From the NCBI RefSeq assembly GCF_018350175.1, contig NC_058373.1, positions 106,642,001 through 106,706,000 on the forward strand: a stretch of 64,000 bases of DNA. The letters are read 5' to 3'. Positions 1 through 14,019 of the stretch are shown one piece after another (position 1 is the stretch's first letter; the number at the start of each line of letters is the position of its first letter). Under the pieces are notes generated by a model. That model had not been told where the DNA came from, searched no databases, and was given only the letters and a program-made list of their open reading frames with translations. Source of the stretch: Felis catus (lineage: Eukaryota). The translations under genes and the position numbers were made by a program.

Positions 1-250
1 GGCACAAACATAGGCCTATAAATAAAGCAAATGAATGGTAGATACAAAATTTGAGATTGTGGAGCATTAGTTGATTCACATGAGGTGAGTGATGGCTCTG
101 GAGGGGAAGGAGAGGAAAAGGATTAGGATGGGGCACACAGGGAGCTTCCAGAGTGGGAGAAATATTCTAGCTCTGAAACTTGTTTAATGAATGGATTATA
201 TGGGTGTTTGTATTATAGCAATCTTTTATAACTATTATTTTGTAACCGTC
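1..250 (+). mobile_element. Old L1 (L1M-type) 3' end fragment
   Basis: gggagcttcc...aatattcta...ggattatatgggtgtt, typical of L1MC/ME 3' UTR, ending A-rich. Confidence 0.55.
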
Positions 251-427
251 TGCTAAAACAAAAAGTGAAATATATCTAGATATTGAGAACATTTTAAGGC
301 AAAGAAAATGTCATATTTTAAAATTATTCATTGTGCCACTCAGCAAGGAAAAAGTACTTTTAACTATATATAAATGAACGTCTATATTCCATTTCCTTTA
401 TTCATCATGTGTTTTTTATTTTATTAG

Positions 428-580
<153 letters not shown>

Positions 581-614
581 TAACTAATATAAAAGCTTAA
601 TTTCAATTGATTTT

Positions 615-830
615 TAAATTCTTTTTAACATTTATTTATTATTGGGAGACAGAGAGACACAGAGCATGAGCAGGGCAGGGGTAGACAGAGGGGGAGACAT
701 AGAATCTGAAGTAGGCTCCAGGCTCTGAGCTGTCAGCACAGAGCCCGACGTGGGGCTCGAACTCACAAACTGAAAGATCATGACCTGAGCCGAAGTCAGT
801 CGCTTAACCAACTGAGCCACCCAGTCGCCC
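615..830 (-). mobile_element. Can-SINE (SINEC_Fc-like)
   Basis: tRNA-derived head, CT-rich region, A-tail; TSD aatttca(a/c)ttgatttttaa. Confidence 0.92.
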
Positions 831-1289
831 CAATTTCACTTGATTTTTAATCAGCTTTGGTCCATGTGTCTTAAAGAGGGCACAGATAGGTAAGGAGCAG
901 AAAACTGTAAGAGCCAAATCAAAATTAAACAGGGACGTCAAGTCATGAGTGGTAATGTCATGGGGACTAGGCCTTAATGGCAGTCACCATAGAGCTGGAG
1001 ATTTAGGATAAGTGTATGCTACAAGACCAAAGGGTAGAGTTTGATAATGTATCAAAAGAAGCAAGCAAACTTTAGAGCACAGAACCAGAGATCAAGCCAA
1101 AATTTTGGGTGACAAGGTAAAAGAAATAAAGAATTCTGGCATGACACTAGGGGAACTGGTCACAATTCAGCCAGGGATAGAGCACCAACAGCTTCTTTTT
1201 GTTGCACAGAGCATCCTTATGCCTCTTGCCAAAGACTGAACCTGGGTTAAGAGAAGCTGACCCTCGAAAAGGGAAGAAATCAATGGCAT

Positions 1290-1610
1290 TATTTTATTAC
1301 AGGATATATACAGACATTTAGCTGTGATGCATGCCCAGTGACAGCTCTGCCTGACCCCACGGCGAGTTTTGGAATTAGAATGGCCCTTTAAATTTGTCCC
1401 AAGTTGGGCTGAGATGGCCAGGTCTTTATATCCTTCCATCATTGGATTTGGGCCAAACTGGGAAGGAGCATGCCCTTGCGCAAGGCAGCTCTCTGCAGCT
1501 GAGGCTGTCCCTGAAGGAGCTGACAGCCGAAATCTTTCTGCCCACAGCACTCCCAGCAGCTGGGACAAGTTTTTCACTGCAGGGGAATCTGACACAGCAC
1601 AGTGTCCATA
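1290..1610. mobile_element. Ancient LTR (ERVL/MaLR-like) fragment
   Basis: motif ggcagctctctgcagctgagg...gagctgacagc...cagcactcccagcagctggg resembles old ERVL-MaLR LTRs; explains the GC-richer patch and its spurious ORFs. Confidence 0.5.
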
Positions 1611-1699
1611 AGACCATATAAGTCCCTCTTGGGGTTATAATCTTGTCAAATTTTACCCTTTTGTAAGTTTCACAATGTCTTTAGTTCCTGAAGGAATTC

Positions 1700-1882
1700 T
1701 TTTTTTTTTTTTAAGTTTATTTATTTTGAGAGAGAAAAAGCGAGCAGGGGAGGGTCAGAAAGGCAGAGAGACAGAGAATCTCAAGCAGTGCAGAGCCCAA
1801 TGTGGGGCTCAAACTCAGGAACCATGAGATCACGACCTGAGCCAAAGTCAGACACTTAACTGACTGAACCACCTAGTTGCCC
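1700..1882 (-). mobile_element. Can-SINE
   Basis: SINE consensus; TSD cctgaaggaattc. Confidence 0.88.
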
Positions 1883-1994
1883 CTGAGCCCCTGAAGGAAT
1901 TCCTTTGCTGTTACTTACCACATTTGAATGATTTCATTAGCCTTTTTTAACATTGAGTTTATTGATACCGAGTCAGAAGTAACATAAAATGTGA

Positions 1995-2189
<195 letters not shown>

Positions 2190-4064
2190 TGAGAATTTTA
2201 AAATCTTAATATGAATGTTTAACTAACAAGAGCCAAAAAGGAAAATGTGGAGGACAGAATTTTTTAGGAGGAAGATGTCTACAGAAGTTCCAAGAAGGTT
2301 TGGGGCAGAGTGTTCCGAACACTCACTAGTGGGATCTGTGACCAGTCACTATATGTAATGAGCCCAGCTAGCTGACTTTCAGCTCTGACTTCTCTCTCCT
2401 CTCCTCTGTCCCACCTATAACCAAACCTAGCACATTACAAACTAGAAAGTAATTAGTATCTGAATGAGAATGAATGAATGAGGTGTGCTTTTGAAAAAGA
2501 TAAAGCAGCCCAGTTGATTTTTCAAAGTATGGAATTAAGATTACCTTTGGAAATTTGAAGACTTCAACAAAAATGAAAACTACTCACTAGAGGTTGAAAA
2601 TTATCAAATGTACTATATCACCTTTTATAGGGATCCACATAAAGTACAATGAAGCAGCTTTACTAATTAATGTTGGGTATGCGCACACACACAACTATAC
2701 ATTTATCTGGGTATAGAATATTTCTGGTTGTACGATGATTTCCACTGGCTAGAAAAGAGACTTAATTTATACTTTATTCACTTTTGAACTGCTGGATTAT
2801 TTTTAGCACATGTGTGTACTTTTCCATAAAAGTAGAAAATTCTATTTCAAAAAATTATATATGCAAAAGCAAGTATTAGATATCTTTAAAAACAGTGTGT
2901 ATAACATTCATTATATTTTATTTTGATGGCTCTTAACAATCTGCTTATAAAACCTGCTTGATCATAAGAATCACTTGGGACGCTTATTGAATATATAGAT
3001 TCACAGGCCTCTCCTTTGTAGATTTGAATTACGTAAACCTGGGGGTAGCTCAGACCTCTCTCTTTAGAACCATCACTAGTCTCTTCCATTCTCACAAAAT
3101 AGGGTGTTAGTTTTCCTTTGTATGCGTAACTGAGAACTGTTTCCAGTTTCATTTTTATTTCCACCCATCAGCCCACTGAAGGGAAGAATCCTCCAACCTA
3201 TATTTTTCCTATTACCCACTTTTCAGAGATGATAGTTTTACCTCACTAAGCTTTAACAAATATTTCTCTTCTTTTTTCCAGACACAGATAAGTTTAATGT
3301 CCATCTAAGGATTTTTTCTCTGATAGTGTTATCCCAACTTGCCCTAGATCAATTTACTCTCAGCTTGCATCGTCCCATGAGTAAGGCTGGTGTGAAACGC
3401 CAGCATGGATAAAATGTCCTGAGAACCAATTATTTGCCAAAAGCTATAACTGACATATTTCAAATGCAATTCCACTTAATTCCATAACCCCTTAGAGGTA
3501 GATTTCAGTATGTGCTTTTGTGGATGACGAAAATGAGGCACAGAGGTTACAAAGTTTTACATAACATACTTATGACCCCAAATCTAGTGGTTCTACGTTT
3601 GAAACCAACTCTGACTCCAAAGTTCTCTCTCATCTTTCAATTTGCACTATACTATCTGCAAAATACCTACAGCATATAGCATACTTAGGGGTTAGATTGT
3701 GGTGAGAGGTGGCATTTTCTCAAGTTCTGTCTTAAAGTAGTTTTAAGCATGCAAAGGTAGAATTAGGCCAAGTGGTTCTTTTCAATACAAATAATGCCAC
3801 AATGAGGAATACTTTCCAAAGTGCTGTATCTACTCCCTTACCTTTAATGTTTTAAAATGGGGGGGGGGGGGGGCTGGTGATGATTTTGAGCTTTGTGTTA
3901 TTGTGATGGTGAAAATCTTAATTATATAATTTGAAGGTTATTTGAAAGTGAAATTCAATATTTCCTACATAATACAGTCCCTTAATACCTAGGAAGACTG
4001 AGTCTACATAGAAATCCAAAATTGGAATTTAATATATTAGCTGGGACTTTATACACATTGTATC

Positions 4065-4294
4065 CTTTTTTTTTTTTTAATTTTTTTTTCCAACATTTAT
4101 TTATTTTTGGGACAGAGAGAGACAGAGCATGAACGGGGGAGGGGCAGAGAGAGAGGGAGACACAGAATCGGAGACAGGCTCCAGGCTCTGAGCCATCAGC
4201 CCAGAGCCCGACGCGGGGCTCGAACTCACGGACCGCGAGATTGTGACCTGGCTGAAGTCGGACGCTTAACCGACTGCGCCACCCAGGCACCCCC
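4065..4294 (-). mobile_element. Young Can-SINE (SINEC_Fc-like)
   Basis: CpG-rich near-consensus copy; TSD cattgtatcctt. Confidence 0.93.
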
Positions 4295-4345
4295 ATTGTA
4301 TCCTTCTTAAAAGTCAAAACAATGATAGTACTATAGAGTCTGTAA

Positions 4346-4729
<384 letters not shown>

Positions 4730-6046
4730 TGAGCATAATGCATGTTCAATGTATAGGATTTGGAAAATACAGAAAAATGTAAAGAAAATAAAAATCAAGA
4801 ATAACAAGGTTTACTGAATGTATTTGCATTCAATTTATGCGTATATAAAAACATATGTGTAACCATGTCCCCAAACTGATAACCTACTAGGACAATTTTT
4901 TTTTAGTACTCAAATAAAATACCCAAGCCCCATCCCTTCTAACTAGTGCATTTCTCAGTATTTCCAAGGACTCCTCAACCTGGTTGGGGAGTAAGTCTTG
5001 AACATTTCCTGTTCTCAGAGGAATTCTTGATTACTTCTCACTTACTTACTGGTTCTTACTGGAGACTCCCAACTCTTTCTAGCCAACTTTGCCCAGCTTT
5101 GTCCTCTTTAATTCTCCCAAAGAAACGTCTAAAACTACTGTATAACTGAAGTTTTGAAGGGTTTCCTAAAGGTTTGAATAAAATGGACGTTTACTACAGC
5201 ACAGAATAGGAATTCACTTCAAATACATTGTGTGACTTAACTATTTCTAAAGTTCAATGGCCATTTCCTACCACTGGGATTCTCACGATGCCCTCTTTCC
5301 TTTTGCTGATATCATATTGCTAGGGCTTGATCTCCTACCAAAAACTTATGTCTGTTTCCTGCCTTTCCTTACTTTCAGCCTTCTCCCCATCCTATTCCAC
5401 AAATATAACTACTTCTTCTAAAGCTGCAGAGGCAACCTTATCAATGGTAGCAGCAACAAAATAAACCATTTTACATTGTGAGACAGAGTAGTGTTACTCC
5501 CGCTTGTCTTAACCTCTCCCAACCACATCTACTCTGGGCCGTTCCTGCACAACAAAGACACATCAAAATGTTCTAATAAAAACACATTTTCCCTTAAGAT
5601 GAATTCTGCTACTCTCTCAGAAGATAGAAGTACATGGGTTTTATCCCTTATCAGAAGGCAGTATTTTTCATTCCTACTATATCTATATGCACACATGCAT
5701 ACTATTTAATAGGCCATTCTTCCATAAACAAAGTATATTATTTTAAGCTTAGCAAAATTCCCTCCAAGTCTTTACCACTGATAGATAATATATTTAGCAG
5801 CAGTGTGCTAAAAGAAAGAGATTCTGATCACGTATCACATATCACTGAAATATTGTACAAAATTAAAACTTACTGGTCTGAAAGGATAACTCTTGCAATA
5901 AAACGTGTACTTAAAGTACCGTAATCACTAAGAAATGATAGAGTAATTTGAATATTAAAATTCCAGGGTAGTTAAACTCTTAAGGGGAAAAATCTTGCTG
6001 GAGTAATACACATAATGTATATGTGTATGGATAGATACATAGATAG

Positions 6047-6286
<240 letters not shown>

Positions 6287-6619
6287 TGAACATTGCCTTA
6301 TCACTAGTATGATACTCAGACTTAGGTCTCTAAAGCACATTTTTGATCTGGGTTTTTAAATATTCTCCTTTAGCCAATTTTCTTTGAGATGGCAGAAAAG
6401 GGAAGATACTGCTTACATTTGCACCCGTTGAATTCGATGCCTGACAAAAATAAAGAGTATAGGGACAGGACAGAAAAATCTGTTCTGGAGCTCTACCATT
6501 CTCTTGGGCCTAAAAACAGCTCCCTATTTCCTAGAAAAATACAGTTGTTAATATTTAAGCAAAATATATTTGAACAAAAAACTGGTATGTCAGTGTTATT
6601 AGTAAACCGTAAGTAAGGC

Positions 6620-7174
6620 GATGTTGCTGTCAAATGGAAGGTGTAAGTCCAAGCTCCCCCACTTGGCCTCTGTTGACAACCTGAAGGCATGTGCTTTATT
6701 AACTGCTAAGCTCACATTGCCCATTGGCCTCCACTGACTCATAAATGCTCCGCCATTATTACTGTGTGGAAATGGAACAGGCTCCCCAAATATTCTCTAG
6801 TAACATTTGTGGGGGGGGGGTGCATTACTGCTGGGAGAGGATGAAGATCCAAGCCACTTGCTCAGCAGGGGGATGATAGAGAGGTGCCTTATTACACTAG
6901 GACAAGAGTGGAAGACTGTGCACCCATCTGCTTTTACAGGTGTAGATGTACCTGCTTGTACAGGTGTAGACCACAGTTTATGCCATGGGTTTGGCTGGAG
7001 TAGACCCACTCTTGTCTAAAAATTTTCTGGCTTGTTAGGCTTCCCCTTTCCTACTCTTTCGACTATAGAGAACAGGCATTTGTGTGAATTTTTGTTTTCT
7101 CTGGTTGGCATTTCTGGGTTTCTGGTTTCTCCAGCACCTAGTCCCGCATATAGGAGGCAAAAACAAAACCCAGT
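6620..7174 (-). mobile_element. Old L1M 5'-region fragment, resumes at 10138-10310 after the ERV insertion
   Basis: aaaacaaaacccag continues as ccagcggactcaccac...ccaaggtccctagc on the far side of the ERV; strand inferred. Confidence 0.55.
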
Positions 7175-8069
7175 TGTAAAGGAAAACCCACATCTATGTG
7201 TTTTCTTTACTCTCACAATTCCCCACACTCACAACACTTCTGACACCAAATGTGTGGGTTTTCCACATATGAGCAATTCTCTGAATTCTGACACTATGTA
7301 TCTGGAGACAGGATCAGATCCCACACGCTCAATCCCCCAGCACTGCCCCACCCCCACGTCACAAGTCCAGATTGGTACCTATGCTTCTGACTAACCGGCT
7401 ATCAATAGGAGGTTCCCATCACCCTCTCCTTGGGTTTGATTAATTTGCTAGAGCAGCTCCCAGAACTCAGGAAAAAATTTGCTTACTAGATGACTGATTT
7501 ATTATAAAAGGATATAACTCAGGAACAACCAGATAGAAGAGATGCATAGGGCAAGGTATACAGGAGGGGGCATAGAGTTTCCATGCTCTCTCTGAGCAAA
7601 CCACATTCCCAGCATCTCCACGTGTTCACCAACCTGGAAGTTTTCTGAGGCCCCTTCTTTGGGGGTATTTATGGAGGCTCTACTATGTAGGCATGGCTGA
7701 TTAAATGACATTGGTGACTGATTCAACCTCTAGCCCTTCTCCCTTCTCCACAGGTCAGGGAGTAAGAGTGAAAGTTCCAACTCTCTAATTGTAGTTGACT
7801 CCCCTGGCAAACAGCCCCCATCCTTAGGGACTTTCTAAAAGATACCCTTTAACATGAACTCAGGTGTCGTTGAAAGGAGCTTGTTATGAATAACAAGACA
7901 CTGCTTTCACCTTTATGGCTCTGAAGCAATTTCAGAAACTGGTGTCAGAAAACCAAATATTATAGCAAAACATGCTTCTCTGTCTCTTATATAGGAAATT
8001 ACAAGGGCTTTAGGAGCTATGTGCCTAGAACAATGGATGAAGACGAAATAAATATTTGTTATTGTATAT

Positions 8070-8229
8070 ATTTTTAATGTTTATTTATTTTGAGAGAGAG
8101 AGAATCCCAAGCAGTCTCCATGCTCAGTGCAGAGCCCCACATGGGGCTTGATACCACAAACTGTGAGATCATGATCTGAGCTGAAACCAAGAGTTGGACA
8201 CTCAACCAACTGAGTCACCCAGGTGCCCC
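8070..8229 (-). mobile_element. Can-SINE inserted in the ERV 3' LTR
   Basis: SINE consensus splitting the LTR start, with a degenerate TSD. Confidence 0.85.
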
Positions 8230-8513
8230 TATATTTATTACTATAAATCACATTATCATAGTGCATTCCCTGATTTTTGATCCTATCATTTATAGCAAAA
8301 TGATCATAAAATTCAAAAAACACTGTCATATTACTATAATCTCATTCAGTCATTATCCAGTTTGTAATCATATGAAAATGTCTCCCAGGGTGAAGCCACT
8401 CAGATTTGCAAGCTTTCTGGATACCTTTTCAGATTCCACAAGCAGGAGTGGTATCAGAAAACACAGCTTCCCCTTTTCAGGCAACTGATATAATTATTTA
8501 AGAGACAATATCA

Positions 8514-8710
8514 GGGCACCTGGGTGGCTCAGTCAGTTGAGCATCAGACTCATGATTTCAGCTCAGGTCATGGTCTTGCAGTTCGTGGGATCGGCCTCTG
8601 CTAATTGCATGGAGCCTGTTTGGGATTCTCTCTCTCCCTCTCTCCCTCTCTCCCCGCCCCCCCCTCTCTCTCCTTCTCTCTCAAAATAAATAAACAAAGA
8701 TTAAAAAAAG
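8514..8710 (+). mobile_element. Can-SINE inserted in the ERV internal region
   Basis: gggcacctgggtggctcag head, A-tail; TSD aagaga(c)aatatca. Confidence 0.85.
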
Positions 8711-10378
8711 ACAAAGAGAATATCATCTCTTGCTCTGAGCCTCTTTTGAAGTGTTAATGTAACATTGGATTTCCCTCATTACATAACTTACTTATTAATT
8801 TCTTTACCCCCATAACTGCTATTTCTCCTTCTCTCCATTTATACCCAAATTTTCCCCCTTTGGAAGGGACAATAGGCTGGGCCACTGTGCTGGCCTAGAT
8901 TACAGACAACAATATTAGTCTAGTAAGAGCATCCCCCTCAGTCAGATGGGGTGAGATTATACAGGTGCAGGACTGATCAGCTATTTTTGCCCCCCAGACA
9001 ATACAACTAACATTCACTGTTAACCCCAATTTTGCCAGATGGTGTAAAGACAAAGCCCACCCCCATCAGGCCTTTAAGAATTTTAACATAAAGTTTAAAA
9101 ACATAGTTGTAGTTTCTTGCTTAGGAATCATCCCTGTTTCCAGCCATAGTCCCTGATCAGGTAGGAAATAAAAGTTGAGGTGATGTGGAGAAAAATAAAA
9201 AGGATAGTGGTATATGAGCATCACCTTCCCTTAGCAAGGATTGCATAGTCAAACCAGCATCCTTCCCCAGAGCCACCAGAAAAACAGAGAAGTCTACCCA
9301 CTGGGGATAGCTTTAGCCCCACTCATGTTCACACTGAATGTGAGCACTCTTGTAAAGGCATATAAACCAGCCCTTCATACTTTATCTTCTTGCTTTAGAC
9401 AACTGACGTTTTAACTGCCCATTCCAATTCTCCATCGAGCTATTACTCTTGAGTAGGATATCTTACTGCCCACTGTTGGACATTATGAGCTGTCAAGTGT
9501 GCTCCTTGGTCTGAAGAAAGAACAGTCAGCTGTCTAAATTGGCATGATATCTTCTGTCTCTGTTCTTTTACAGCACTCTGAGCATTTGCATTTACCAGTG
9601 GGTAAGCAAAACCCAGTCCGGAGTCAGTATCTATTTCTGTCAAGACTCTCTTGTAGCCCGTTAGGGCTAGCAGAATGAGTCTGACTTGCCAAGTTTGTTC
9701 AAAGTCTTCCCACCAGGGAAATCTGCCACATGGCCATCTGCAGTCTCTGTCCCTTTTGCTGGCAGACAAAACAGTTCTTATTGGTATTCTGTGCCTCAGA
9801 GGGTGCAAGATAAAGATGTCTAGATTCCGTCCATCTCTGCATTGCTGTAGACCCCCAGTATTCACCTATTTCACAAACCCAGGTGGCCACCTTAAGTGAG
9901 CATATGGGGATATCTGCTTGTCAAATCCAATCACCTTTCAAACCTGGAAGGGAGTTCTGATGGGCATCAATGTGTCCTACTTTAATGTACTCCTCAAATT
10001 TCCATAGGGCCATGCCCCATATGGGCATCTTTTAATAGGCCAGTTTTCCACTGCTCTTCTGCCTAACCATATGGCCAGGCCAGGAACAGTGGATAAAGGC
10101 CAAATATATATTTCTTATGATAAATCACAACAATAGACCAGCGGACTCACCACAGCATCATTCCTCAGTCCCAAGGTCCCTAGCTGGTCTGCCTTCTTGT
10201 CTGCGCCTTTCAGTCTCCTTATATTTATTTTCTATATAATGTATAAGAGTTTTTGCTGTATTTAGTAGGAGGAATAGGGAGAAGTGAGTCCACTCCATTT
10301 TGACCTAAAACCAAAGAATTAATATCATTTAGTCATCTGTAAGAGAAGACATCACTTTCTAAATGTCCTTATATGTAG

Positions 10379-10540
<162 letters not shown>

Positions 10541-12447
10541 TAATTAAATATGCAATTATTGTAATTATCTAAGGGTTTTATTCACCTTATCCAAATATAA
10601 CTAATAATTCAGAAAGTCATCTTCCCTACTTCAAAATCTCATGCTAATTTCACCACTCATTAAAGTGCATTATCACACAGTATGATTTAAAATGTCAGTA
10701 ATCTAAGACATTCTATGTCTTCTTCTCTAATAACCAAGCTTTTAAAATTAGAATAGACTAGGTTTGCTCCTCACATATGACTTTAACCCAGTGAAATCTG
10801 ACTTCTAAAGCTACCATTCTTCTGATGTTCTTCTCACTGTCCTCCTGGCAAATAAATCCTTTTCTCTCCTCTCTTTTTCTTATTCTGCACTCTTCACAGA
10901 CATCTTTAGCCATAATTTTAATTTGTGATGATGATCCTTTAAATTTAAGCAAAACCTGAGCTCTTTACTTGAAAATTCAGTTGCTCCTTAGATAGCATCT
11001 AGAAGACAACATTCATCTGTTGTCACCCTAGCCAAAAATCTAAAGGTCATTTCTCTCTCCTTTGTCCTCCATTTATAATTGATCACCATGCTCTACAGAG
11101 TCCATATTGTAAGTATGTCTCATAATTCCCCTCTTCTTTCTGTAGTCACTACCTTTGGCCTAGGTTGGGAAATGAACTATTTTAGAAACTCTCTTGATGA
11201 TAGTTTTGGGTTTTTGTCTTATATAACCTTTCCTGAAAATCCATACCATCTTCTAAGATGCAAGTTTTATCAGGTCACTTCCCTTCTCAACATTGTTCAG
11301 TGGCTTTCCACTGTCTATAGTAAAATGTAAAATCCCTTTGTATGGCATAGAAGACTCGTTCTATTTGTATCTCTTATAACCCTTACCTTCACTGCCCATT
11401 ACTCTTTATACTCCAGAAATTCTAAAATATTTTAGTTCCTTAATCTCAATCACAAGATGCTGTTTCACATTTCTGCCTTTGCTTATGCTTGTTCTGCTAG
11501 CTGGAACTCTTCTTCTAATTTGCCTGACAAATGCTTATAACTTCTCCAAGGCTCATTTGAAGGCTCCACTGGGTGCTGACTTCCCCAGATAGGTTTTTTT
11601 TCTCCCTAATATTCCATTACATCTAACTCTATTATATCATTTTTCCTTTTTTATTTTAATTTTTCTGGATCCCATTTCATGAGGACAGAGACAGTATCTT
11701 TTCATATTTGTTATAGCTTTTCCAAATACATTGTCTGCACTTAGAAAATACTAATTAAAATATGTTGAATGAATGATTTATTAATGGATAAAAGTATGCC
11801 ATAATTATAACCACAGGGTTTAGGATTTGTTTAAAAAAGTAGTTAGGGTAACATAATTTACCCTTATGCTCTTCTCTATTAAGGCTCAAAGGACGAAGAA
11901 AGCCATGGACTAGGAATCAAACATATTTTTAACTACCAAAGCATTCTTGCAAAGTGGAATGCCATAAAAGTTTTCAGGAGATTGCATAGAAAACTCTTTT
12001 TTCAAAGACCTCACCTGCTTTCTTTCCCCTTTTCTTTCCCATCTCTAATGTCTTCCTGGAATTTCAGAAATAATGTGTTTCACATATATATATATCCTCT
12101 GCAGTTTATAACCTGAAAATCTTATGATTTACTATATCAACTTCACTACAATTTCATGAATATGTATGTAAATTTATAAAGAAATAGGGATGTTTACTTT
12201 AAAAGTTGCTTTGTGATAGTGCTAGGTTTATGTGGTAATAGACATGGTTTTTAAAGCATTCAAATTCTGTGTCATTTTCTTACATAAATGTCCAACAAAA
12301 ACATGTATTTATCCAATTATTTAACCCATACATTTTACACTAAGGCAATTATTTTTCATAGCACTTGTCAGATAGAGGCATTTTTTTCATGTTTTTGGGA
12401 TTGTACATGAATGATTCACCTATATAATTTTCCTATCAAAATTATGA

Positions 12448-12756
<309 letters not shown>

Positions 12757-13259
12757 TGATTGTCTTATAAGCAGTAAATCTTCCTCTGCAGTAGGAGACG
12801 GGATAAAGGGTGCCTCTACAGTGTGGGTATGGAATGAAATTGGAGGACACTGAGGTTCTCAAAGCAGCCTTATTGCCTCCTGGCTTATAGATTTGGCTGA
12901 GCCATCTACAGAAGCCTTTTAAACATAGGGAAGTGATGATCTCTCCAAGTAAACAATTGTTTCATCTATATCGGGCTTGGAGAAATCAGGAGTGCAGATT
13001 GAGAAGCTTGAGCAGCTTTCTGGGGTCTCCATTATTTATTTGAAATATTGTCATTTCTTAGCAAGTCAGATTATTCAAAAAAACACATTCAAAGCTAAAT
13101 ACAGACCATTTGTGCCATTTTAACACTGATATATTATTATATTACGTTGTATAATCCATTACATCTTAATAGTTTTTAGGATGTTGATAATCTCAAACGA
13201 AAGATATATATACAGCATTCATATTTGAACATCTGATTAATAAGGTATTCTTTCTGTAG

Positions 13260-13445
<186 letters not shown>

Positions 13446-14019
13446 TAAAAAGCAGTAAGTCACATTAGTACATTTTTTTTACTTGATATTTATTTTATAG
13501 CTACATGCCAATAATAAATGTCACAAATAAAAAGATACTCAAAATAGCCCTTTGTCATTGCTTTTTCCCTGCTTCCAACATTTCATACCCATTATATAAA
13601 AAAAGAAAATGAAGAAATGTTGTATGATTAATGTGTTTTAAATTGAGATACAATTCACATAGCATAACACTCACTCTATGTATAATGCAGTGTTTATTTT
13701 AGTATATACACAGAGTTATACAACTACAATGCAACCTCCATCTAATTCCAGAGTGTTTTCATCACCCCACAAAATAACTCCTTCCTTACCCAGTAGCATG
13801 AACTTAGGTTTCTTGTAACTTTTGTTTTGTTTGTGTTTCTAAATAATTCACCTGGTCACTTAATGCCCAGCACCAGTGGAAAAGATACTTTATAAAGAAA
13901 ATGAGGACATACCTCCCACCTTCTTACACATTTTTGGTAGAACGTGAAGATATATATCCAAGACAAAATACTTTCATTCCAGTTATCCTAATGAAGAGCA
14001 TTCCTAGTGTTTTCATCTA

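Larger units (their letters stand above)
7175..10137 (-). mobile_element. Internally deleted ERVL-class (MER21-like) provirus: 3' LTR 7175-8260, pol remnant ~8261-10080, 5' LTR stub ~10078-10137
   Basis: integrase core (LTEIDTDSGLGFAYP...SDQGAH), CxxC zinc-finger remnant (CFVCQQ), RNase H (PIWGMALW...KVGHIDAH), PPT-like agggaatgcac abutting the LTR, TSD ccagt/ccagc. Confidence 0.8.

Noticed and set aside
632..820. Recurrent MAQxVKRLTSAQV.../PGWxSRLSVRLQ... ORFs (also at 3982, 30660, 31784, 44896, 55567)
   Set aside because: These are translations of Can-SINE consensus; the tRNA-like heads are SINE-derived, not tRNA genes.
1167..1621. Cluster of overlapping ORFs on both strands
   Set aside because: Coincides with a GC-richer ancient LTR-like fragment; no splice-phase fit to LRRC9 and no recognisable domain.
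6928..6970. Short direct repeat ctgctt(t/g)tacaggtgtaga
   Set aside because: Only two copies within an old L1 fragment; a local duplication, not an array.
9443..9890. Possible domesticated integrase gene
   Set aside because: The zinc finger and core are split by frameshifts, the first catalytic Asp region is disrupted and the C-terminal part is missing; a decayed ERV.
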